From Strigamia acuminata (Eukaryota): a DNA stretch of 64,000 bases. This document shows, in pieces, positions 53,988-64,000 of the stretch (positions are counted from its first letter, which is position 1; each line of letters starts with the position of its first letter). The stretch lies in assembly GCA_949358305.1 (NCBI GenBank), contig OX442314.1:23436001-23500000 (forward strand), given 5' to 3'. Made by a program: the position numbers and the translations under genes. The notes below the pieces were generated by a model. That model was given only the letters and a program-made list of their open reading frames with translations, was not told the DNA's origin and did not search any database.

Positions 53988-54450
53988 CAGCGCTTCCCAA
54001 ACATTGTATTATAGCGGACCGGCATTTTGTGTCCCAATGCGTCACGGGCACCTTACCGGTAAAATTTACCGCAAAGCATGACTTTTCTCTTTTCCATTAC
54101 ACTATTTACAACATAAAACTAAACATAACTACAAGGGAAAAGTTGCTGCCGCAAACTGTGTATTAATGGCGCTTCACAACTTTACAAACGATTTATTTTA
54201 AAACCATAGGCCTTTCGGTCAAAGCGATTTTATTTTATTTATTATCACAAGCAAAGTGCGCATGTTTTTTACGTGAAATTTAGATGGAAATAACATCAAA
54301 TCATGCATATTAAATGGGTATTTTCAAGTTTATAATAAATCAAACAACGACAACCACATTCGTAGTCTATTTTATTTTTATTTATTTATTTATGGTCCGA
54401 TGCCAAAGTGGCAAACTTATTTGTGGAACTGCAGCCTTTGGGAAGCACTG
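53988..54450. mobile_element. hAT (Charlie/Buster-like) MITE
   Basis: TIRs CAGCGCTTCCCAAA / TTTGGGAAGCACTG; perfect 8-bp TSD AACTAGAG at 53980-53987 and 54451-54458. Confidence 0.9.
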
Positions 54451-57400
54451 AACTAGAGCGCGGCACACAAAGCGCAAGTTGCGTCGTGCTGTTGTTTTGT
54501 TCTCAACAGGACAAAGTGAAGACATCCCGACGCGATGACGTGGCATTATTCAAAGGATTAAGTCCCTCACACCAATTAAAATCCACACCCACACATGACT
54601 GGGTTTCTAATGAGCAATGACAAACTGGGTCGAGCCTGTGAGCAGTGAAGACGGGGAAAAGAAAAGATTTCCCGGTCCGATATCGCCTGGCGATGGCGAA
54701 ACACAATTGCGGAGATAAATCTCGCAACACTTTGTGCTGATATATCGACTTCAAACGGGCACGCATTTCATTTTTCTCCCACGCGTCTTCGGCCAAAGAA
54801 CAAGAAAACTGTTCGTGTTATTTACACGTGAGGTTATAAAACCCTGAAATCCTGATTTTTCTTCCTAGTGTATTATCATCACTTTTATTGCATACTCTTA
54901 TCCGCTAATTACCGTCATTCAATTTCCAGACCGGAAACACTAAGTGAATCACGGACACGCAACCCCTTTTACCGATTTCTCGCGCTGTTTTTTCCGTTTT
55001 TGGTCTGTAAACTAATCAAGGGACATCCCAAACTGATGAAACTTACAAGGTACTAAATTACAATTTACAACCGATTATCTCGAGTTGAAATATGCTCGAA
55101 ATTAAGCTTCGCGTGCAAATTGCCGGCCAAAACCTGTCTTAATGTCGGGCATAATATTTTGATGCGCCATCAAAGCTTGTTCGTTAATTCCGTCATTAAA
55201 AAGTGTCTATTTAAATCATTAACTTCCTGCCGGATTAACCGGAACCGGGACACCGAAAAAAAGACAATTTTCTTGTAATGGGTGGGGTGGGGTGGACCAG
55301 CTGTCCCGGTGTCCAGAAGAAGCTTCTGGACGGTCAAATATCCTGATTTTGCAAAAATTTGTCAAAATTTGTAAAAAATAAATTAAAAAAACTGAAATTT
55401 ATATTTTAAAAAAAATTTAAAAATAAAATTTATTTTTAAATAAAATTTTGATTTTTTTAAAAAAATAAAGTTTTGAATTTTTGTAAATAAAATTTACAAT
55501 TCTTAATAAAAATTTTGAACTTTTAAACAAGATTTTGAATTTTTGAATTAAGATTTTGAATTATTTGAAATAATGTTTCAAAAGAATATTTAAATTAAAT
55601 ATATTCTATTGACATATTCCCGGCTAATCCTCTCAAAAATCAATAAATAAATAAAAAGTAGGCAAACATTCGCCTAAAATCAATTTATCCAACACACTCG
55701 CTTCAAACGAAAACAAACAAATAAACTGTTTAGTTCCCCCCACTACAATTCTTCCTACTCCGCCCATTTTCACTCTTCCAGAAGCGACATGACATTACAC
55801 GCCATTACCGCATCCACTCGCACCGGAAACGACTTTTCCACTATCGAACTCTCTAATGCACATCCACACCACCAATTTAACCAACCAAGAATAAAAATCT
55901 TTCCTAACCAAAACCAAATTAAACCAAAAATCCAAAATGACGAAGAAGAAAAAGGAAAAACCAAAAACCTCGCCTTGGACAGACAGTCGCTAGGTTGATC
56001 TGATTAATGGCGTATGCCTTCCGCCCATTGTAAAAATAGGTCAGCCCTCTCTACCTGTCTCTGACCAAGGTATCACGACGACCTTGCGGTACATTGGCGC
56101 AACTATTATGACACATGACAAGCAAAAGCTGCACACGTGTTTTCCCCATCAAAATTCATTCAGCCGAGACCCCATCATAAATATACACATTACCAACCCT
56201 TCCCTCTGTCGTCGACACTCAGCACCCATTTTGCACGTCGGCTTATTAACCTTGTAATGCAACTCCAATCCCGAAATGACCCGAAAGGTGTCTGCCCCAA
56301 AAGGACGCCGTTGTCTGCAAACCCCTCGAGGCCACGGTGTGGTCCAAGGCTGGCTTTACTGATGGTTCATTAATGGTCAATTTGTATGCGTGACCACAGA
56401 ATAGAGCAACCGGGGGTCAACATCCCATCCCCATCCATCCGAGCCACATTTTGGTGGAATACGCAACGGGTAGCTCGACAATTAACAGTTTATAGACCCG
56501 AAATAACAATGAAATGCCAACAGAATTAAAACGTGGAATTAAAAGTGAAAAAAAAATACCAAATACGCCATTAAAGTTTAAGTAATATGCAAATCTATTT
56601 AAATTTTGACCTAGTACATTGTGTAAGATAATTGAGAAAGATAACTAATAGAGGATGTCATCCTCTAAAAGAAAAAGAATCTATTTCTTCTTTTTTTATT
56701 TTTTATCTCGAAGGACGGTGTTGGTGTTCTCATGCGGCTGAAGGTTGGTGCTTTGCCGCGGCCGGAAGATGAAAACTCCGTCCCCCAAATCAACGTTCTC
56801 GAAAACTCCTTAATAAATTCGCCTCGTTTAACAAGTTAAACGGCAGGAACTGTTTTCCAGTTCCCTAAACCTACTATTATCACGTTTCCTCCCAAACTGT
56901 TAATTATGGATCTGTAAAACTATAAATATCTTAAAATAACTCATAAAATCTGATACATGTTTTTCAGCCATCTCCCGGTTTTGCCTTTACTATAGGGCGA
57001 CATGCCCTTTGCTCATAAATTATACAACATTTCTTGCTCATGCCTAGGGCCCTAGGGTCAGTAATCAGTATAAAGAGACCAAAAAAAACGTTACGACTTT
57101 AGAATAAGCTGCCATTAAAATTTTCTCGATTATGACATTATCTTGTTAGGATTGCAAAGTTACATCCCACCAAAAAAAATAAAAAAATAAAAAATAAATA
57201 TTAAAAGGGTTATATTTTATTCTATTTTATAGTGTTACATCTACCTTGCGTAATGAATATGTATATAGGAAAAAAAAAAAGCAAGAATAATCGATCATGG
57301 TCCGCGCGCAGTTAGTGGCAACACGATTAAAATGGGTCAATAGACTATCACGTAGTCGTGGGACAATAGCAATAACGAACCTGAGTAGTCTCATCAATTG

Positions 57401-60059
57401 ATCCCACTTGTGGTTTTCAACCACACTTACCAGATAAGTAGCTGTAAAGGAGGCAGGAACGTTTTATCCCGTCATAAATTAGTTACAGTCACGTTTCTAT
57501 TGTCAAATCCCCGTGTGGTAACTTCTCAAACCCACTCCCACTTCATCTAATAGTGGCGGTCAGCTAAATTGCAGATTTATAGATTACACATTAAAAAATA
57601 AAAAAATAAAAATAAAAATTACTTTTATTCGTTTACGTTTAAATTTAGTCCATTTAAAACGAGTCTAAAATTACTTTACGAATGCAAGTAATGTTTGGGA
57701 AAAAAGTGAAGAACAGTTGTTTACACTTTACTCAACACTCCAAAGATGTTTCTTTAAATTGCCCCTAGAGGGTCATTGGTGGGCCCAGAGATAATATACA
57801 ACAAGGAATCATTTAGAATTCATGAGATTCTGAGATGGTATCTGCATAGTCTTAAACATCTCCAAATTGTAAACTCGAAAGAACTCGTGTAAAGGCGAAA
57901 AGAAAAAAAAAAAAGAAAAATTTAATTTCTTAAAAAATAAAAAAAAAATAAAACAAATGTTCGATTCAAGTGTATTTAATAATCTTGTAATTCCGGTATA
58001 AACAATTCTAATTAAGCCTAATTAAAATGTCGATTCACTCTTCATTCAAGGGTAGAAATTATTGCCAGTTGTGTCACCTCACGAAAAAAGAATGTAAATG
58101 TAAGACTCGAGATACCACTCACCCTGACACAATTCTACAAAATTGTCTTACATATTCGAATTATATCAACCGCAAGGTTTGATCCGATGACAAGATGACT
58201 TAAAAGGGGCAATTAAAAACACAATATGGCAGAAAGAGTAAAAAAAAAATTAAATTCCTTTTTAAAAATTCCAGTCTGACAGTTAGACTCCTCCTGTTCT
58301 AGTCATGCTCTACTTACATATTCCTAACTTCAAATTCGTGAATACAAAAGCCGGAAATCAACCGCGAAAATTAAAATTAAAATTTAAAAAAATAAAAAAA
58401 AAATAAATAAAAAATAAAAAAAAAATTTAAATTACTAATTGAATACCATAAACAACTAAACCAGATTGAATTGACGGTACGTTGTGGCCAAAGTTCCCAA
58501 CCTCCCCCATCAATTTACACATCTGACACATCAGCATTCAATGTGCATCTATTGAATCAAACTTCAAAAACTGAAAGAAAATAAAGGCAATCCTTCAAAG
58601 AAACTTGTTTTTTCCAGGGACGCCTCATATATTACAGATGTTTTACAGATACATCTCTTAAACTACCAACTTCCTTACTACTTTAAAAAAAAAACACCAA
58701 TGCCATCGACCAAACACATCGATACTACCGTATCCCACGACTTTGCCTTAATTAAAACGTTAAAAATTCAATTTTTCCCGACCACATTACATACTGACAT
58801 GTAAATGGCACTTTCATGCCTTTCTGCTATTATTTTATGAACTATTAAAAGCCCAAACTAGTCTTTTACAATTTAACATTTTAATTAAGCGCCTCAGAAA
58901 TGCGCGGAATAAAAAGGTGGTACTCGACCCATCGTAAATGTCCATCAAGAAATATGGAGTTAGCCCGAGCTAAAGGTGTCAAATAAAACTGCTTTATTTT
59001 CCAATCGTTAATGTCACCACTATTTAACTTAAGTGTGACATCATCATCATCGTCGTTAAACCAGTGAAACGATTATCGAAATATAAAACAGGAGAGCGTC
59101 GCCAATACTCAAATTTTTGTCTCGACTTAAAATAAAAAAAATAAAAAATAAATAAAAAAAAGAATAAAAATAAAAATACTCAAGGTATTTTTTTCTCCCT
59201 TTCTTACTCCTTATCACAGGACATTATCATTCCGAATAAGGTAGAGGGGATGGGTCAATTCCTGGATCCCCGAGGCGGGGGTAGATCCAGATGGCGTTGC
59301 AATCGAAGAAAAATGTGAAGGAAGAAAAACAGGGCCTTGACACGCTTTACTGGTCTCGATTTAATACCTAACGATTCTTGAAAATTGCTTCAACCGAGTC
59401 GTTTTGTCGCGATTATGCTCACGCGCATGCCCAGTACAAAAACTTGCTCTCTTTTCGATTTTTATTGAAAAAAAAACAAAAAAAAAAACGAAACCAAATG
59501 AATCACCTGACAAAAATTTACACCTCTAAGGCATGGGGGGGGGGGCCGCATCCACAAATCATTTGTCACAATCCTTTCGTTCCGATTTGTGGAGAAGTTC
59601 AATTTAATTGCTACTTGCTGATGTAATGGACTTTTCATTTTTTGCTTAGGTCATTAGAGTGTTATTTATTCTCACTTACCTACACTTTCAAAGGTGTTAA
59701 GTAAATAAATGTAAAAGAAAAAAAAAAAAATCGTTCCAAAAAATAAAATTGGTTCAAGCTAAACGAAACACTGCGAAGAATAAAATATTCAACACAACGT
59801 TTTACTTGGCGTTCACAGACCCCACCCAGCAATTGAGGGCGGGAAAGTGAGGGGATGTACGCTGAAATTGCCTATAGCAAGGAAACGACCTTGAGAAAAT
59901 TTCAATAGAGGAAAGAAAAATTGTGATATCGCACAATTTAGACTTAATTCTCCTAATAATCTTGAGGATATTATTCAGCGAGCAACACGAAGCATTTCTT
60001 CCCACGTGGGTTTCTCTACTCTGACTAAGAGTAAATAATAAATGCCCTATAGTGGTACC

Positions 60060-60578
60060 CAGTGCTGGACTGGCCCGACGAGCTACTGGGAATTTCCCGA
60101 TAGCCTGTGGCCCGTCTCTGGCCCACCGTAGCCTGTCCCTATGGCCCATCTCTGACCCACCGTAGCCTGTCCCTATGGCCCGACGGTACGGCGACTATTC
60201 ATCGCCCGATTTCTCATCGCGCGGCCAAGTCATCGCGTGGCCAACTCATCAGGGCGACAATTGGACGGTTGTCAAGTAATCGTGCACCAACCAATTGCAA
60301 ATTTTCGGGTGTTTTTTCGGGTGTTTTTCAAACGTTTTTCGGACGGTTTTCGAACGCGATGATCAAGCGATTACTTGACAACCGTCCAATTGTCGCCCTG
60401 ATGAGTTGGCCACGGGATTACTTTTCACGCGATGACTTGGCCGCGCAATGACTTGTCCTCGCGATTACTTAGCAGCAATGAATTGTCGCGAGATGAGAAA
60501 TCGGGCAATGAATAGTCGTGGATTCGGCCCGACCCATCCAGATTTCCCGGTACTAAATTTGTACCCAGTCCAGCCCTG
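60060..60578. mobile_element. hAT MITE with a nested insertion
   Basis: TIRs CAGTGCTGGACTGG / CCAGTCCAGCCCTG; perfect 8-bp TSD GTGGTACC at 60052-60059 and 60579-60586; GGCCC subterminal repeats and an internal tandem duplication at ~60117-60181. Confidence 0.92.
60185..60525. mobile_element. Foldback (Mutator-like) MITE nested in the hAT element
   Basis: Long modular inverted arms (CGACTATTCATCGCCCGATTTCTCATC... / ...GATGAGAAATCGGGCAATGAATAGTCG); G...C termini; TSD GGCCCGAC at 60177-60184 and 60526-60533. Confidence 0.85.
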
Positions 60579-61171
60579 GTGGTACCACACTTCCAGAATA
60601 ATATATCTCCATGTAAACATTATACCAACAAATTTCACCTTAACTTTGCTTTAATCCGCATATTTCTGCATTCATTTTCAGCCTTCAAACACTACGCGCT
60701 GATTGTTTTTAATGAGAAAGGCAAAAAAATTAATTTATTCTCTAACATAATGCACAACTGGTTTTAAGTATTTGGTGCACTTTTATATAGAAATGCTTAT
60801 AGTTTTAAATTAGCTACATAGACATGTATACTGTCTGACCACCACCAGTTGGCCTCTGGTCACTGCATGTCACTATGGATGATGAACACTTCAACTTCAC
60901 GGTGGATTTAAATTCAAAAACATTCCTCTCTTCTGCATTGCCTGTCATCTTTGGCTACAGATTACATGTTTATTACATTAGTGTAACATTAGGTGCATTC
61001 GAAAACGATCATTTTCGGCTCTTGCACCGCGCATATCTCAAGATAAAAATCTAAACGGGAATTCAGATTCTGTTTGGCACTTATGATCAGTGGCGCATTA
61101 TTATGTGGGCACACTGGTGGGCACTCACCTACCTCATCCGTTTACCAAAAGTAAAAATACGACATTTTAAA

Positions 61172-61316
61172 TACCGTGCTTCTTCGATTGTAAGAGGCAC
61201 ACTAACTTCAGTTCCCACCAACAGAAAAAAAGCCTTTGATTCTAAAATTCAAGACGCACCCCGTTCTGTGAGATGTTTATACAGAGAAAAATGTGTCTAA
61301 GAATCAAAGAAATACG
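61172..61316. mobile_element. MITE family B copy
   Basis: TACCGTGCTTCTTCGATTGTAAGAGGCAC ... GTGTCTAAGAATCAAAGAAATACG inverted ends; homology to the 29293 and 63319 copies. Confidence 0.7.
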
Positions 61317-61514
61317 AAGAAGTGAACATTCGAACAATGAATATGGGAGAAATGGCCCCCCTGGAAATGGACCTCCTAATTACGTTTTGAAGTAAAAAAA
61401 TTCGAAGAAACAACCTAAAATTTAGAATTTTCGAAGAGATGATATTCGAAGAAGCGATGGGACCCGGATAATCCTTTATTAAAAAAAATTAAATGACAAT
61501 TAAAATACGCTAGT

Positions 61515-61559
61515 CTTTCCATAGGCCTTTCGACTGTTCCCAGCCATCTTCAGTAAAAG
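61515..61559 (-). ncRNA. Minimal type I hammerhead ribozyme motif (Penelope-like element type)
   Basis: Minus strand reads CUUUUA-CUGAAGA-U-GGCUG-GGAA-CAGUC-GAAA-GGCC-U-A-UGGAAAG: complete core, 5-bp stem II, palindromic stem III and short stem I. Activity is untested. Confidence 0.7.
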
Positions 61560-62916
61560 TGATACGCATAGGAAATAGAAGTTTTAGATACTCATTTTGG
61601 TTTTATTTATTTAATATAAATTTGGTACCAGCTACATTACTCGTGTTCCTCTTTAATGAATGCCACTAGTCGTGACTTCCAAACCTATATAGAGAAAAGA
61701 CAAATAATAAAGTATAGGTGTGAAAATTAACTAGTAATTCAAGGTGATTCGCAACTTACAAGTTTCTCTTTCCACTTGTTAAGTTTTTCAGTAGCAACAA
61801 AAGGTATTCACAGGATTTATGTGTTTGGTGCACTCGACGAGTTCAAGGACCTGGAACAAGCTGAAGGAGACAAAACCAGGCCTCTTCATGTGGGAAAAAC
61901 AAATACCCGTCGCCATATTCTCGTTTTGGTTTGACTAATATCTCCAAGTCATCAACTCTTGTCAAACCCAAATTTCATTTCCAAAACAAAAAAAAAAATC
62001 TTTTTATTCATATTTTTCAATTTCCACATTTTCCCCACTTCCTTTACACCAGAAAAAAAGAGAAAGGAAAAAAAATCTTAATCTCTCCTTAAATGTAATT
62101 AATTTTTATCCTACACAAAAGCAAGACCTCATTGTTACACCTATTTGATACCATAACTAATCACACAAGGTCTCTTTCTTAACATTTCCACTTTTTCTAT
62201 AATGAATTTCCCCATGACAATAGAGGAATATTTCACCACTATTCATCACACCAGCTCTTATGTTGCTGTGACAACAAAATTTGTTTCTAACACTCTAACA
62301 CACCTGAAAGGTGTGAAAATACCTCACGATTTTTGTCTCACTACAAAAATACAGGTGGCAGCTTAGCATATTTATGTAAGGGGGCAAACAGCTTGTCCCA
62401 TAAACAATCTTCGCAAGGCCTCACTCTCCCTATTACGAATCGAAAGCTGCGCTCTTAGTCTTACTCTGATCCACGTGTTACCATGAACACATGATCCAGA
62501 GAAATGCAGCCCCTCCTTTTAACGTAAATAAACCTCACAGTAGATGCGATCTGTCCACCTACAGTCGACAATTATCCCTAAGTTTGGAAACACTTCAACA
62601 AGGTGAGCAAGTAAATTATTTAAGCGTTTTTCTTTTAAGGACTAAAGACCCCTAGTGTGAAATAGTTACATTCCAAAGATTAAACTCGTTTTTGATTTAT
62701 AGTTCTCTGTGTTGGCCGGGCACGATTCACATAAGACGACTAATTTCATCTGTGGGAGTGTCAATTGTTTATTGAACTCGCCTGACAAACTAAATTCATT
62801 GGTTGATCGTAAACATTGATTACTTGACCAATCAAATTTTCATTACGGTTAATAATTGACCAAAAATAAAAAAAGAATAAGTGTCAAAACGCCACTCGAT
62901 CGAAACTCATGTAGTC

Positions 62917-63127
62917 CAGGGCTGTCCAACTGCAAGCCCGAGGGCCACCATTGGTTGCCGGATCCAACCGAAGCATGCCTGCCTTCATTAATCACGTTCA
63001 TATTATTTTTATATTAATGAAAAACATAATTTAAAGTTAATGTTATGAAAAAATAATCTAGTTAATGGATTTTGGCATACAGCCACAAATTGAAAAATAT
63101 CTTTTCGGTCCGCAGAAGTTGGACCCA
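62917..63127. mobile_element. Degraded hAT (Charlie-like) MITE
   Basis: Left end CAGGGCTGTCCAACTGCAAGCCCGAGGGCC and partial right end GGTCCGCAGAAGTTGGAC; no TSD recovered. Confidence 0.4.
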
Positions 63128-63220
63128 ACAGTTCGCACATCCCATTCTAGAACCTACAAGTCTTAAACGTCTATTTCTTATGCGGATCACTTTAGGTTTT
63201 TAATTAAAAAAAAATTAATT

Positions 63221-63318
63221 GACAATTTCAATACGCGATTGAAAATTTTCAACCACTGAAGATGACCGGAAACAGTCGAAAGAACCTTTAGTAAAAATCG
63301 CATATTGAAATTGTCATT
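63221..63318 (+). ncRNA. Second, degenerate hammerhead motif of the same family inside a 20-bp inverted repeat
   Basis: CTGAAGA-T-GACCGGAAACAGTC-GAAA-GAACCT-T at 63256-63288; 3' flank GCATATTGAAATTGTCATTTA is homologous to the flank of the 61.5 kb copy. Confidence 0.55.
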
Positions 63319-63426
63319 TACTGCATTTCTTCGATTCTGAGACGCACTTTTTTTCCCATATAAGCATCTCTAATAACGGGGAGCGTCTTACAATCAATGG
63401 AGTCTTATAATCAAAGAAATACAGTA
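63319..63426. mobile_element. MITE family B, short copy
   Basis: TACTGCATTTCTTCGATTCTGAGAC ... GTCTTATAATCAAAGAAATACAGTA inverted ends; shares its terminal TA with the adjacent family A copy. Confidence 0.7.
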
Positions 63427-63958
63427 CAGTCGAAACTCTTTATAACGAATCGCAAGAGACTCGAAAAATCGATTCGTTATAACAAGAATTCGTTACATCG
63501 AATTTTTTTTTAACATGGTGATCCTGCAGATTTTGACTTTACTCGTGCGCATGTGCAGGTTGAACTTTTAATGCCAAATCAGCCATTTTAGACATCAAAA
63601 CCTAATGTTTAGAAAGTGTAATGAAACGGTTCTGTCCATCCGTCTGCATCGATTCCTTCCAAATGAAAGCAGCTAGAGCCAAACGGGCAACTGCAATAAA
63701 CTCAGCATACCTTCATTAGGTTCCTAAGATATTTTCGTATTTTTCCAACCTCCGGTTTAATTAAAAAACTGGTTATTACACTTTTTTACAAACCGGAACC
63801 GGAAATGACGTTTTTTTCTTTTTTTTTTTAAAGGACAGACGGACAGACAGACAGGGATTTAGAAGTCTAAGATGTAATGCTTCCATGCATTACTTGTTTA
63901 GGTATTCATTACATCGATAATTCGTTATATCGCGATTCGTTATAAAAAGTTTCGACTG
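63427..63958. mobile_element. MITE family A, copy 3 (longest, interrupted by an insertion)
   Basis: TA|CAGTCGAAACTCTTTATAACGAATCGC ... GCGATTCGTTATAAAAAGTTTCGACTG|TA. Confidence 0.88.
63588..63897 (+). mobile_element. Helentron-associated (HINE/DINE-1-like) non-autonomous element
   Basis: Inserted in a T run; subterminal inverted repeats TTAGACATCAAAACC / GGATTTAGAAGTCTAA; 3' hairpin GTAATGC-TTCCAT-GCATTAC (63874-63893); GACA/GACG microsatellite. Confidence 0.65.
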
Positions 63959-64000
63959 TAATTCTTTTTATATTAAAAACCTAAAGTTTGCACCCAAAAT

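Noticed and set aside
1..64000. tRNA genes, tRNA-derived SINEs and known miRNA hairpins
   Set aside because: No convincing A/B-box cloverleaf or mature sequence of a conserved miRNA was seen by eye; tRNAscan-SE and a miRBase search would be needed to exclude them.

Overview
AT-rich animal genomic DNA, probably arthropod or another invertebrate; not prokaryotic. The only recognisable host gene is the 3' part of a PRDM3/16-family gene (hamlet / MECOM-EVI1 / PRDM16 / egl-43) on the + strand. Three coding exons splice in frame: 4421-4547 (end of the PR/SET domain), 11400-11670 and 17397-19749. Together they give 6 N-terminal and 3 C-terminal zinc fingers and two CtBP-type motifs, followed by a long AT-rich 3' UTR. 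The introns and the ~42 kb downstream gene desert are rich in CAGGTG E-boxes and Su(H)/CSL-type sites and show a marked A>T, C>G skew on the + strand. They also hold many non-autonomous DNA transposons (hAT, Tc1/mariner-pogo, Mutator-like, Helentron-like; several nested), a decayed MULE transposase, a 31-bp minisatellite and an 18S rDNA fragment. The most unexpected signal is a pair of related minimal type I hammerhead-ribozyme motifs of the Penelope-associated kind at ~61.5 kb (-) and ~63.25 kb (+). All calls were made by eye; no database searches were run and motif counts are approximate manual tallies.
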